Part shown: one piece after another, positions 14,112 to 27,282 of the stretch
Layout of the letters: each line of letters opens with the position of its first letter
Position numbering within the stretch: the first letter of the stretch is position 1
Origin: Octopus vulgaris
Lineage: Eukaryota
DNA length: 64,000 nucleotides
Direction: 5' to 3'
Assembly (NCBI GenBank): GCA_951406725.2
Contig: OX597820.1
Location: 65,224,001-65,288,000 of the forward strand
Notes under the pieces: model-generated
What the model was told of the DNA's origin: nothing
The model's input: only the letters and a program-made list of their open reading frames with translations
Databases searched by the model: none
Translations under genes and position numbers: made by a program

Positions 14112-14315
14112 AGAGAAAGAAGTGGGGAGAGAGAGAGAGAGAGGCGGAATGGTACAGGAATGGTAACAGAGATTGAGAGGGAGGCAGACACAGATACGAA
14201 AGCATTACATGGAGAGAGTAAGAGTGAGAGAAAATGTATGTGTGTGAGAGAGAGAGAGAGAGAGAGAAAGAGAAAGAGAGAGAGCGAGTATCGGGTATGA
14301 AGAAATAGACTGAGA

Positions 14316-14354
<39 letters not shown>

Positions 14355-14540
14355 TTAGAAAGACGAGAGAGACACGAAAACTATGGACACAGATTGAAGA
14401 AGAGAGGTACAACCGTTAGAAAAAAGAACGAGAGAGAGAGAGAGAGATAAAAGGAGAGGATGTATGTGTGAGAAGGCGGGACTGTGTTTGTGAAAGTTAA
14501 GTATACAGAGCGACAAAGAGAGAGAGAGAGAGAGAGAAAC
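13640..14540. repeat. GA-rich low-complexity / (GA)n region
   Basis: Many (GA)n tracts with a strong purine strand bias. Confidence 0.9.
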
Positions 14541-14683
14541 GGGGTGGGGGGTATGCGAAAGCGGTGTTTGGTGATGGATTATCCAGAAACTGAAATCAAA
14601 CGTAACGGTGTTTATAACGAGATGATTTGTAGTTTAATTTCAAGAATGTGCAACAAACAGTGGTCGCTGCTTGCTTCCGAGCA

Positions 14684-14693
14684 ATGATGATGG

Positions 14694-14744
<51 letters not shown>

Positions 14745-14860
14745 CGACGACGACGAGGATGATGATGATGATGATGACGACGACGATGAAAACGACGACG
14801 ATGATGATGATGATGATGATGACGATGTTGGTGATGATGATGATGATGATGATGATGATG
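14684..14860. repeat. (GAT)n/(GAC)n trinucleotide microsatellite
   Basis: Directly visible. It gives poly-D/M/H/S ORF artefacts. Confidence 0.95.
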
Positions 14861-14959
14861 GGTAGATGAATGGATATCGAGTCCGCTGTAGCATATCTGT
14901 TCTCGTTCCGATTTAGAACTTATAATACTCATCTTCTTGTTTCATTATTATTATTATCA

Positions 14960-15003
<44 letters not shown>

Positions 15004-15485
15004 TCTTTTTCTCTCCGTTTCACTAGAATGTCCTTGAATGTTTCATTTATCTATGTTTTTTCTTTTTCATTTTTCGTAGCACAGTGGCTGCGCAGGAAAG
15101 CCCTACCCACCCTCCAACCACCCACCACCACTACACTCCCACCACCACCACCAGCCGCAAATTCCCACTTCTACACTAAAACCATTTTCTTTTACGATCT
15201 TCATTCTTTTTCCCTCCCCAAACTATAATCTGTCCACAACTCGCTGCTTCGCTTTTCAATGCTAGACAGCAACACCATACAAATTATCTCAACCTCTCAG
15301 AGTTTTCTCTATGACATTCGCATGTAACATTAGAATAACGATCTTAAAGCGAATTGTTATTTCAGCAGAAAATACATAGCGGCTTAAGTTGAGAGTGCAC
15401 AGGCTTGAACTTGATTTATGTGTGTCTTTGAGTAGATATGTGTTTGTGTATATGTGTTTAGGCATAAACATATGTATGTAGATAG

Positions 15486-16280
15486 GGCGCAGGATTGGCT
15501 GTGTGGTAAGTAGCTTGCTTACCAACCACATGACCGTGGGCTAAGTCCCACTGCGTGGCACCTTGGGCAAGTGTCTTCTACTATAGCCTCGGGCCGACCA
15601 AAGACTTGTGAGTGGATTTGGTAGACAGAAACTGAAAGAAGCCAGTCGTATATATGTATACATATATGTGTGTATGTATGTGTATATGTTTGTGTATCTG
15701 TGTTTGTACCCCAACATCGCTTGACAACCGATGTTGGTGTGTTTACATCCCCGTAACTTAGCGGTTCGGTTAAAGAGACCGATAGAATAAGTACTAGGCT
15801 TACAAAGAATAAGTGATGGGGTTGATTTACTCGACTAAAGACGGTGATCCAGCATGGCCGCAGTCAAATGACTGAAACAAGTAAAAAGAGAGGATGGAAT
15901 GTTTCACAGGTGTGGCTGTGTGGTAAGAAGCTTGTTTCCCAACTTCATGGTTCCGGGTTCCGTCCCACGTCGAAGGCCTTGTGAGTGGATTTGGTAGACG
16001 TAAACTAAAAGAAGCCAGTTGTATTTATATATATATATATATGTGTGCATGTGTGTGTGTATTTGTGTGTGTTCGATTCTGTGTTTGTTCCCCCATCATC
16101 GCTTGACAATCGATGCTGGTGTGTTTACATCCCCCGTAATTTAGCGGTTCGGCAAAAGAGCGCGATAGAATAAGTACTGGACTTACAAAGAATAAGTCCT
16201 GTTGTTTATTTGGTCGATTAAAGGCGGTGCTCCAGCATGACTGTAGTCAAATGACTAAAACAAATAACAGAATAAAAAAT
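15486..16280 (+). mobile_element. Two tandem SINE family A copies (second internally deleted)
   Basis: A full copy at about 15486-15890 and a second at about 15905-16280 that lacks the CCTTGGGCAAG segment. Confidence 0.85.
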
Positions 16281-16862
16281 ATTCGTCAGACATCAAGAAA
16301 GAGCTTGAGGAAAAAAAATTCTTATTAGATATTTTTGCTCTCATTCTTATTTAGATATTTTTGCTCTCATTTTTGTAGCAAACTTTTCGAACGGATCCCG
16401 ATTCCCTATTTGTCTACATTTTTCTACATATAATACAGGCGCAGGCTCAAATACCGCGGAACTTGACTTTACCTTTCATCGTTTCGGGGTCGATAAAATA
16501 TGTACCTGTTGAGCACTGGGGTCGATGTAATAGACAAACCCCCACCCGTAAAATTTCAGGATTTGTGCATATAGTAAAAATAATTATATAGAAGCTGGCA
16601 TGGTTATATGGTTAAAGAGCTCACATTGCAACCTCGTAATTTCCGCATCGCCTTGGCGCAAGTGTTTTCTACTAAAACACCAGGTCACACAATGTTTGTG
16701 AGTGAATTTTGAAGATATTTAGTGTTATTTATTCCAGATCTTGTTTCTCCGAGTTCAAACCTCCCCGTGGCTAACTTACTCTTTCATTGCTCCAGTGTTG
16801 ATAAAATGAAGTACTAATAAAATACTAGAATCAACTGCTATATGAACACCCCCGCCCCTCTG

Positions 16863-16894
<32 letters not shown>

Positions 16895-17040
16895 ATATAC
16901 ATGTACGCCAATTCGGCTGATCTCAGCCTGGTTCCTGTCATTTAAAGGAGGATGTTAGCTAGCCCAAACTCCGAGTCAAAGAGTTGAAATAAGGATTGCC
17001 ATTTTGACACACATACACACAAACGCCCAAACACACACAC

Positions 17041-17080
<40 letters not shown>

Positions 17081-17795
17081 ACAAATACGCACACTCATAT
17101 ACACACACCACAAAGACTTGTTTTCTGAAGATTGCAACTTGAAATGTTGGTAACTTAGAAGCCGACATGTCAAGAGTGATTCGAACTATATGCGGAACAG
17201 CATGAGACGGACGATGATCTAAAATTTTGTCGCCACATGATTAGCCATAGTGCTACCAAGATAGACAATTATTTTAATGCACTGAAGAGTTCCGCCTGTG
17301 TTCAATATTTGTAACAAAAATTGCTTCATGAGACAAATGATGGATTACCTAATCTAACAAGATATTAAATATTGTTGATTCCTTACGTGAAAAGAATCAC
17401 GTAATTTTTATATGGGGGAGTAGAGTAGACTTGCTCACTCTCAGTTTTCGAATGTTCGACTAGTATTGTATTTGGCCGCTTTATGAAGAATGAGAAGTGT
17501 AGTTGACTCTGACAGGGCATGGTCAAATATTGCCAATTATAACTGAATACCAGAAGGCATTTCATTCAAATCCCGAACGATCCACGAATAGATGATAATT
17601 TAATACGGGAAGCAAGAATGGAATTCCACCGGGGGATAGTAGAAGTTTGTATATAACGATTGCTGGACAACCTCTCACACTACAGAAAGCCTGCCAAGTT
17701 AAGTAAGTACTTGCATATAATATATATATATATATATATATACAATTTTCATTAAAGCTATACTTATGAATGCATAAATAGTATGTATATATACC

Positions 17796-17975
17796 TGTAA
17801 AATAATATGCGACAATTATTCGGTTGCCACAATAAAACTCCGAGTTTCGGGTGTCGGGACGGAAATCTGCTCCGGCATCTCGCCCCGATAGCCGAAACTC
17901 CGAGTTTTATTATAGCAACCGAATAAATCTCACATAGTAAATTACAGATAAATTCCTCTATATACATAATAGAGA
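17796..17975. repeat. Fold-back interspersed element with 35-bp inverted arms
   Basis: Arms 17816-17850 and 17892-17926 differ at 3 positions. The same flanks, with the centre deleted, occur at 33-133. Confidence 0.7.
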
Positions 17976-17982
17976 GGTACCT

Positions 17983-18854
17983 TATTTACATTATTTACAA
18001 TTGACGGATATTTGTCCTCATCTTATTTAGGTTGATATAACCTCCAGCTTTCATCAGGTGTCTTGGGGAAACTTATTATTATCCTGGAATCGAACTCGTA
18101 TCCCGCGCTCTGAACCACTACGCCACATACCCGTGGCAATTATGGAGTGAATTTTAGGGTTTATAAATCTAATATTCTCCTATCCTTCCTTAATGCCCGT
18201 TCCCATATACTGTTCATATCTGCACTCGATCTGCTTAGGAGGTTGTTGTGTCCTAGCATATGTGCTGCTTCATTAAGTTTTCGTATTTCCCAGTGATGTT
18301 CTCTGTCTATTATTTTAACTTCATCCTACAGGAGGAGGTAGTCTCCATTTTTCCATACATGATCAGCTATACCCGATTTATAAATTTCTCCCCGTGTCAC
18401 AGCTTTGCGATGTTCGTCTACCCTTATTTTGAGGGGTGGCATGTTTCGCCTTTGTATAACCTACCACAGCTGCATGGGATGGAGTACACGCAGTTCTTAA
18501 TCATATCGTCTTCTATTGGTGGTTTTGCTCGAAGGAGATATTTGCGAAGTGTTGTATTACTTTTGAATACTGTCCTGATGTCATATGGGCCCCATATATT
18601 TTGTATCTTTTCGGAGAGGCCTTTCACATAGGGTAGACAGACTGCGGACTGTTTATCGATTTCATCCCCTCTTTTCTTCATAATTGGAGTGGAGAGTACG
18701 CTTTTGGGGTAGTTGTTGCTTAATAGATTGTTACTGAGCTTAAAAATTTCTTCATGGTGGGTATCACGATCGCTACTTATATTCATTGCTCGATGTTTTA
18801 GGTACTTAGCAGCCCCTCTCTTTACACTGTATGGATGGTGGGAGTTGAAGTTGT

Positions 18855-18858
<4 letters not shown>
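17983..18858 (-). mobile_element. 5'-truncated Penelope-like retroelement: RT C-terminal linker and GIY-YIG endonuclease pseudogene plus 3' terminal region
   Basis: The minus strand gives [42 protein letters not shown]..(frameshift)..EHRKAV..SGIADHVW..WEIRKLNEA, with a stop at 18169. The SHHP, LPY, VY.I.C.CG..Y.GET and H..W motifs are characteristic of Penelope-like elements. Confidence 0.9.
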
Positions 18859-18918
<60 letters not shown>

Positions 18919-19021
18919 AATCTAATATATATATATATATATGTATGTATATATATGTATATATATATATATATATATTGGCCTGCTCGCTTATATATAT
19001 ATATGTATATATATATATAAA

Positions 19022-19069
<48 letters not shown>

Positions 19070-19070
19070 A

Positions 19071-19107
<37 letters not shown>

Positions 19108-19110
<3 letters not shown>

Positions 19111-19218
19111 CCTGCTCGCTTAGCCAGCGGGGTGGCGTCATTCGAAGGCTAAAACAATGCGAACGCATTGTGACCAGCGATGTGTAACAACATCTGATGG
19201 CCTGGTCGGTCACGTGAT

Positions 19219-19225
<7 letters not shown>
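19108..19225 (+). repeat. Interspersed repeat fragment (likely SINE/LINE 3' part)
   Basis: GGCCTGCTCGC..CGCATTGTGA.CAGCG.TGT.TAACAA is shared with 9647-9740, which is preceded by a degenerate tRNA-like head. Confidence 0.5.
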
Positions 19226-19288
<63 letters not shown>

Positions 19289-19299
19289 ATAGATAGATA

Positions 19300-19338
<39 letters not shown>

Positions 19339-19977
19339 TAGATAGATAGATATGGAAACGAAATTGATTTCAGAGAAATAATTCAGACTGGTCAATAGTA
19401 AAGATATACAAAATAAAGACGATTATGCTTAAATCAAACACAATGAAGTGTATATTCTTAATTTAATGATATTATATTTCCTTCGAGAGAACTGTAAATA
19501 GGTGCCTTATGGCAATAGCAAGTAACTCTGAATGAGAAAATAAGATAATTTCTAAACAGAAGTATTCTCAAAAAAGATGTAGCATCAGGGGGAAAAGAGC
19601 CTGTATTCTGGATGCGTGGTTTCTACCTTAATAATCATAATGTGTACAGCAGTCTTCTTACCTTAATGCTAGCGGACGAGATACATAGGCATATTCAAAA
19701 AGCGTAGAAACCCTTTATGGCCTAGGGTAATTTGTAAAATTTAAATAAATATGAGCTTTGAGAAATAACTAAGATAAGTTAGCCTGATGGCTAGTAAAGA
19801 CAAACAAAGATTTTTTTTTATGGTACGTAATGCAAATTTTCATTTTTACGTCACTACTTTTCACTACTTGGCGCAAATCGGAAATAACGTGAGAACTGCC
19901 AATCGTTTCAAACAACCAGTATAGATAGACAAGATACAATATAGTAAACCAGAAATATATTTCCAAATAAACCAGGA

Positions 19978-20008
<31 letters not shown>

Positions 20009-20307
20009 TGTATGTATGTATGTATGTATGTGTGTATGTCCAAGCATGCGGTCGAGGCAATACAGTTTGCAATTTTCACTTCATTTTTAATAGTACTATA
20101 AGCAGCGCGTTGACCAATAGCAGACCAGTTTCCAGAAAACTGACAAGATAGATTCGATGGACGGGCGTGTAAAACTTTGCGCAGCATGGACCTGAACCGA
20201 ACTGTTTTTAAATAAATATGTAACTCCTACGAATGTGATCAGTGCCACTTTTAACTTTGTTTGTATTTATTAATACATCAATATATCTATGTGCATATAT
20301 ATATATA

Positions 20308-20383
<76 letters not shown>

Positions 20384-20442
20384 TCGATACATTGATGTAT
20401 AAATAGAGACTGAAGACCGAAATCTGCCGAAGTAGAGCCGCG

Positions 20443-20491
20443 CCTTACTGATGAGGCAACGGAAATTACCGAAACTGAATTTAGTATAAGG
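20443..20491 (+). ncRNA. Candidate type I hammerhead ribozyme with canonical core
   Basis: Stem I CCTTA/TAAGG; core CTGATGA; stem II GGCAA..TTACC (one mismatch); GAAA; self-complementary stem III CTGAATTTAG; GUA cleavage triplet ending at 20486. Confidence 0.75.
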
Positions 20492-20967
20492 AATTCTCAT
20501 AGTGTTTTCGGACAGTTATTGTCCTTCTCTCTATATATGTATACAATTATGTGTTTTTACTATAGCATTAGAGTATTTTAGCTCTTATTTCTAGCAATTG
20601 AGGTGTTTTTCTTTTAACACCCTGGTAACATTTTGCAACAATTATAATTTTCCTTTTTGGTAAAACATTGCAAAAGGCTGCCCATTTTAATTTTATATAT
20701 AACCTTAACAACATACATACATAGATACATACAGTTTAAAAACTATACATCGCATGTAAAGAATATATGTGCTTACGCAGGTAAATCCAAAACACACTCA
20801 AACATATAGCCTCAGATACATAGACATACGCGCATATGCCTGTGTCAATTTCCGCTCATATATTTTTAATTTATTCATTAAAACTGAAATGTATTAATCA
20901 TTGACTGCAATCTCCAAGTTCCAGATCGCGCATTTCCAAATTAATCATTAAAAAATATATAATTATT

Positions 20968-21125
20968 TTGTTGTATCTGGGGAGAGTCATTCTCTTTTAG
21001 TGCCTTATTATTTTACACACTCACCAGTAAAGTTTCCACTCATTTACTTATGTATTTTTTCGAAAAGTTTAGTTGCGTCTTGCAACCTTTTCAATAGTGT
21101 TGCAAACCAAATCCAAAAACGAAAT
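20968..21125. repeat. Interspersed repeat family H3 (same as 29127-29365)
   Basis: Shares TGTTGT.TCTGGGGAGAGTCATT..ACACACTCACC.GTAAA.TTTCCACT..GTTGCGTCTTGCAACCTTTTCAAT. Confidence 0.7.
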
Positions 21126-22275
21126 GTATAATTACTTTTATATATAATTGCTTCGTAACTGAAATGTGAGGTTATGGGAATAAGCATAAAAGTATATAAG
21201 CAAAGAAGGCAGAATTATCCATTAAATATATATATAAAGGACAATTCCTTATTGCTGCTTCTAGTATTATAATTGATATTGCATCTTATTTTGATACAAT
21301 CGAATCAGTACTTGATTTATAGTTTATTAGTTTTATCGACCCCGGAGAGATGCAAAGCAAATTAGACAACCCGTATATATTGAAAGGAATCTAAATAGGA
21401 ATAATGGCAAAAATTTCAATTAAATTCGCTTTATTTCCAAACTAAAAATTAAGCTATAAAATTAACCAGTACGTTTTTAAAATACTCTTATAAACAAGGG
21501 TATCTAACTCTCGAAGAACACTCATATAACATTTTAAAATGTTTTGTGGACCTATTTTAGATGAGTATATAAATGTGAGCAGATGAGGTTTTCTCTTTTT
21601 AAGATACATAAAACCTTAAAGATGGTATTATTCGTTTATAACCGTGAAACTCGAAGTGGATAATGCTAAAAAGTAATAGACTACAAATATTGGGTTAAAA
21701 ATACCTTATGATTGAAAAATTCGAAAGTTGCCCATAAGAATCGAACCCAAAGCTTCAGCAAACATGGAAGAAGTTGTACCATTGATTCCAAAGCAAATCT
21801 TCGAAATATTCGTTCCATTGAAGAAGCTTCGTTCTTATCACCCAGAATCGTTCGCTGTTTACGCCATGACAATTTAGAAACTTGAATCGAAAGTGAATAA
21901 TCAATAAACATGTTATAAAGACTGGCTTTTAGCATCCTATTTAAACCCAATCCGATTAAAAACTCAAACACTCTTTGTCATATTCTGAGAACACAATTTC
22001 AAGGGAGAGAATTCTCCAGTAGTTACTTCTATGTAATTGAAAAAGAACTATTATGAAAGCTTGTCTTTTATCTTTTAATTACTTCAGCCTTTAAAGTGCG
22101 GCCATACTGTAGCAATACCTTGAAGAGTTTTTAATGATTCGGTCCTTGTACACTTTTTAAGCAAGGTACATATATTAATGACCACTTTTGCCGAACCGCT
22201 AGGTTACGAGAACATATGACTGGTGTCAAGCGATTGTGGGGGACAAACACAGAAAGTAAATCTCATACACACGCA

Positions 22276-22335
<60 letters not shown>

Positions 22336-22779
22336 TTATAATCCTTGGATGGAATTTATAAATATTTTAATGGCATCGCCAGGTATCATCATTAGGCAGT
22401 AACTGGCATATTGGAATACAAGCTTTTATATTCGAAACATTTCCTTTAACGAACTTAAAGGATATATGTGTGCGTGTATGCAACGTGCTGCTTTCAGTTT
22501 CCACCTACCAAAACCATTCGCAGGGTTTTGGCCGGCCCGAGGTTATAGTAGAAGATACATGCCCAAGGTGTCATGCAGTGGGACTGAACCAAGAAGCATT
22601 AAGAAACAAATTTCTTATCACACAGCCACACATACTTAAATTATAAATCTAGGATGCTCGACCACAAGAAATTGATAACTTACAACGGCTAACACCTATA
22701 GTTTATTTTGTGGGACTTTATTATCAGTTTAGGAAGAAAATATATAGTAGACTCCATAAATGTTGCTATTTCAGACTGA

Positions 22780-22939
22780 AGTAGCTTGCTTACCAACCAC
22801 GTGGTTCCGGGTTCATTCCCATTGCGTGGCACCTTGGGCAAGTGCCTTCTACTATAGCCTCGCGCCAAACAAAGCCTTGTGAGTGGATTTGATAGACAGA
22901 AACTGAAGGAAGTTTGTCGTATATATGTTTACACACACG

Positions 22940-23029
<90 letters not shown>

Positions 23030-23260
23030 TGTGAGTGTATATGTTTGTGTGCCTGTGTTTGTACCCCCAACATCGCTTGGCAACCGATGGTGGTGTGTTT
23101 ACATCCCCCTAACTTAGCGATTCGGCAAAAGAGACCGATAGAATAAGTACTAGGCTTACAAAGAATAAGTCCTGGGGTCGATTGGCTCGACTAAAGGCGG
23201 TGCTCCAGCATGGGCGCAGTCAAATGAGTGAAACAAATAAAAGAGAACGAAGAGAGAATA
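22780..23260 (+). mobile_element. SINE family A (5'-clipped)
   Basis: Matches 23652-24130 from AGTAGCTTGCTTACC onward. Confidence 0.85.
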
Positions 23261-23651
23261 TATATATATATTTATCTTGTGTGATATGTTTAAGTGAATA
23301 ACTTAAATACGTGAAATCTAAAATTGAAAAAGGAAATAAAAAGTGTTCTTTAAAACATTCGGTATCATGTGAAACATGTAATATAAATTGGTAAAATTTC
23401 GTGGTTATTATTTATTTAATACATAGCATGTTACTATGCTTTTGTGATTAAGGATATAAAATTAGTATTTTTTGGAAGAAAAATAGAGGAACAATAAAAT
23501 TGTTGGTTGTAATTAAGGGGCGGGGGTGGAAATAGAATGTGTTGGAGAAAAAATATACAAAGCTAATTTAGCTGCCGATAAACTTTTGGAAATGTGATTA
23601 AATGATAGAGAAACAATATATTGATGAAATTAAATAAAAAAAGGATATGTA

Positions 23652-23848
23652 GGCGCAGGAGTGGCTGTGTGGTAAGTAGCTTGCTTACCAACCACATGGT
23701 TCCGGGTTCAGTCCCACTGCGTGGCACATTGGGCAAGTGTCTTCTACTATAGCCTCGGGCCGACCAAAGCCTTGTGAGTGGATTTGGTAGACGGAAACTG
23801 AAAGAAGCCCGTCGTATATATGTATATATATGTATATATCTATCTATC

Positions 23849-23913
<65 letters not shown>

Positions 23914-24130
23914 TTGTGTGTCTGTGTTTGTCCCACAACATCGCTTAACCGATGCTGGGGTGCTTATGTCCCCGTCACTAAGCGGTTCGGCAAAATATAC
24001 CAATAGAATGAGTGCTAGGCTTACGAAGAATAAGTCCTGGGGTCGATTTCTTCGACTAAAGGTGGTGCTCTAGCATGGCCGCAGTCAACTGACTGAAATA
24101 AGTAAAAGAGTAAAAGAGAGAGTAAAGAGT
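23652..24130 (+). mobile_element. SINE family A, full-length young copy
   Basis: GGCGCAGGAGTGGCTGTGTGGTAAG head, GGTTCAGTCCC B-box-like motif, internal (TA)/(TG) tract and GTAAAAGA repeat tail. Confidence 0.9.
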
Positions 24131-24804
24131 ATCTAGATTGTAATAAATGTAGTCTAATTTTAAGGTGGCAAGCTAGTAGAAAGGTGAACATGCCGGTACT
24201 GGACTTTGAAAACTAGTAAATATTGGAGTCGATTTGTACGTCTAAACCCTTCATGTGGTGGTGCCCCACTATGGCTGCAGTCCAATAACTGAAACTAGTA
24301 AAGATAAAATAGTAAAGATAAAATATAGTAAAGATAAAATATAAGTTAACTAACGATATACAAGCATTCTAGGAAAGCAAGGGTTATGTGATGGCGAGAT
24401 TTGGAATACGATAGAAAAAAAGTATTAACGGCTGCAGTGTGAATAAATGCAAGATTTCATAGGACTATTTTCGTTTTTTGTTTTAGTTTTTTTTTCTTTT
24501 TAAAGTTATAGAGATACATTAGCCATTAGTTAAAACTTCCTTGGTACATAATCCATAAGTTAAGAAATAAAAGTTTTGTATTAACTGCGTGGAGAGGTTA
24601 TACAATGTTAGTAATGGATTTTTAAAAAATGGTTTGTATATCAAGTAGGAATACGTTTAAATTTGGCTAAATTTGCGATGTCTACGAAATTTAGTATAAT
24701 GGTCATAATGTAAAATATTGCTGCGTACTATGGAAACGTTGATATCGGAGTTTATTTTGTGAAGTATGTTATCTGAATAGTTGGATGGTATAAAGTGAAT
24801 CTTT

Positions 24805-25232
24805 TATCTTTTTATTATTTTAGTCATTAGACAGCGTGGATACTGGGGTATCACCTTGTAGAATTTTAATCGAACTAATGGACGCCAATAGTTAACATTT
24901 TTTTAAGCCTGGTACTTATTTTATTGGTCTCTTTTCTGCAACCACTAAGTTACGGGGACGTAAACTCACCACCACACCGGTTGTCAAGCGCTGGAGGAAG
25001 AAGCACAAACCTAAACACACACACACATATATACACATACACATACTCACACACACATACACTCCTATACATGACAGGCTTCTCTCAGTTTCTGTCTACC
25101 ATATACACTTACATGGCTTTGATTGACACGAGGTTATTGTAGGAGACATTGCCCAAGGTACCACACAGTGTGACTGAACCCGGAACCATGTGGTTGGAAA
25201 GTAGACTTCTCACCAAAGAGCCATGCCTGCAC
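24805..25232 (-). mobile_element. SINE family A, older diverged copy
   Basis: Reverse-complement similarity along head, internal (CA)n and tail. Other old copies lie at about 22070-22640, 40320-40740, 41520-41870 and 58910-59090. Confidence 0.65.
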
Positions 25233-25400
25233 CTATATGTAACAAAAATAAAAGGAAATCGAAAAACAACAAAGACAAAGATTATCTAATGCTGTTATAG
25301 AAACTGTAAGCACCGAAATAAATATGCATGTATGCATACACACATACATACATACATACATACATACATACATACATACATACATACATACATACATACC

Positions 25401-25622
25401 TATTTCTTTACTATCCACAAGGGGCTAAACACAGAGAGGACAAACAAGGACAGACATAGGTATTAAGTCGATTATATCGACTCCAGTGCGTAACTGGTAC
25501 TTATTTAATCGACCCCGAAAGGATGAAACACAAATTCGACCTCGGCGGAATTTGAACTCGGAACGTAACGGCAGACGAAATACCGCGAGGCATTTCGTCC
25601 GGCATGCTAACGATTCTACGCG
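25401..25622 (-). mobile_element. SINE family B, tail type 1
   Basis: Near-identical to 184-419 and 34855-35086. Confidence 0.85.
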
Positions 25623-26060
25623 CTGGTAACGATAATTCGAAAGGGGCCAATTTTCTCCACCTACTAAATAATATTCACAATAGGTTGATAGATCGATAGA
25701 CACATAGTCAGATAGATATATTGATAGATAGGGAGAGCAAGACAGAAAAGGAGGTAGACAGAGACAGGGAGGAAGACAGAGAGAATTATAAAGATATAAA
25801 CACGAAGGAAAAGAATTTAGCTGTCCTAAAATAGTTAAGGTAAAACAAATTTTGGTAATTATAAGATGTATATTGAGGTAATCTGATATCTGTCGAGTTA
25901 AATTTTTAGCCACTAATATTTACAATAAATATTAAACTTGAAACTATTTTTTCCCAATACCTCTTGAATAAACAACTCCATCTTATATATTAATGAGTTT
26001 ACGCCAAATTAACGATATCACATTCTTGGTCAAGCAACTTCGATATGTGTGTGTATGTGC

Positions 26061-26116
<56 letters not shown>

Positions 26117-26131
26117 TTATGCTTGTGTGTG

Positions 26132-26187
<56 letters not shown>

Positions 26188-26689
26188 TGTGTGTGTCTGT
26201 GTGTGTGTAAGATCCAGAAATCCAAGTGTAGGAAGTTTGGAAGATTCATGTAGTCCGTGACAGGTATAGAAAACAAAAAGTGTACAGGGTAAGGACAGGA
26301 GCAATTACACTTTATTGGTGTCGAAGGTTACACGCTTTTTCCCATATTGAAGTTGCGAGGAAATTCGATCATCTGAAAATTTCTTTAAGCTGTCGGTTAG
26401 CAGCTCTAGTTAGCTATAAATGCGAATAAAGGTCCAAATTAAAGGAGCGGAATGGGTAAAAATTTGGCTGCATGTGTTTCTTATTTTGCTGATCCTTTGT
26501 TGTAATAATTATTCAACGAGTAATTACTCGTTGATTAATTATTAAATCAGAAGATCCGCTAGCTAAGAAAGATATATAACCCGGACTTTAATCGCTCCAC
26601 CTCCCTAAATTTGGATGTGTGTGTGTGTGTGTGTGTTTGTGTGTGTGTTCAATTTTTTAATTGTTATAAAGCTTCCGCTGAAGAGGGAG

Positions 26690-27282
26690 CTGGTTTCCAA
26701 CAAAGTTACAAGACTCAATCTTTGGAATGTACTTAACACAGACAAATTCACATTTGGAACTTGAGAAAAGTCTTCCATATTTTTACTGTTCCACTCATAG
26801 ATTGCACTTATAATGTACGAATTAGCGGGTCGATTTCTTTCTGAAAATCCCAGTTTATCCACATTCTTCTTTAAGCATTTAATAACAAAACTTAGCGCTC
26901 CAATTATTAGTAGTATCAATATGAATTCACAGTCTGGATACATTAGCTGGAGGTTTCGAAACAGTTGGCCATAGATAGCCTATTTTTCTTTGGTTTTTAA
27001 AGAGATATTTATATGTGCAGGGCAGCTGACCTTTATGATGGTACATACCTTTGTCCCTCTGTCCCAAACAACAATATCCGGCCTGTTATATTTACATTTG
27101 ACAGAAGTTTTCACCAGTATTGCTTGAGTTAGTGTTTATGAATGTATTCCAGAGCAGAGGGATTTTCTAATTTTATTTCAGGACAGTCTTCTTTGAAGAT
27201 GACATTGTAAATTGTTTTAGTGACATCATCATGCCGCATAGGGAGGTAGTTCCGTGACGACATTTTAGGACAGCTGTTAGTA
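26690..27282 (-). mobile_element. R4/Dong-like (restriction-like endonuclease) non-LTR retrotransposon 3' fragment
   Basis: The minus strand gives SCPKMSSRNYLPMRHDDV..KCKYNRPDIVVWDR..IIKVSCPA..IIGALSFV. This includes the CP..RHD end of the zinc knuckle and the PD..(D/E) motif of RLE clades. Confidence 0.85.

Noticed and set aside
18083-18137. tRNA gene
   Set aside because: A and B boxes are present, but the anticodon arm is missing and no acceptor stem forms. The same applies to the SINE heads. I treated these as tRNA-derived sequence only.
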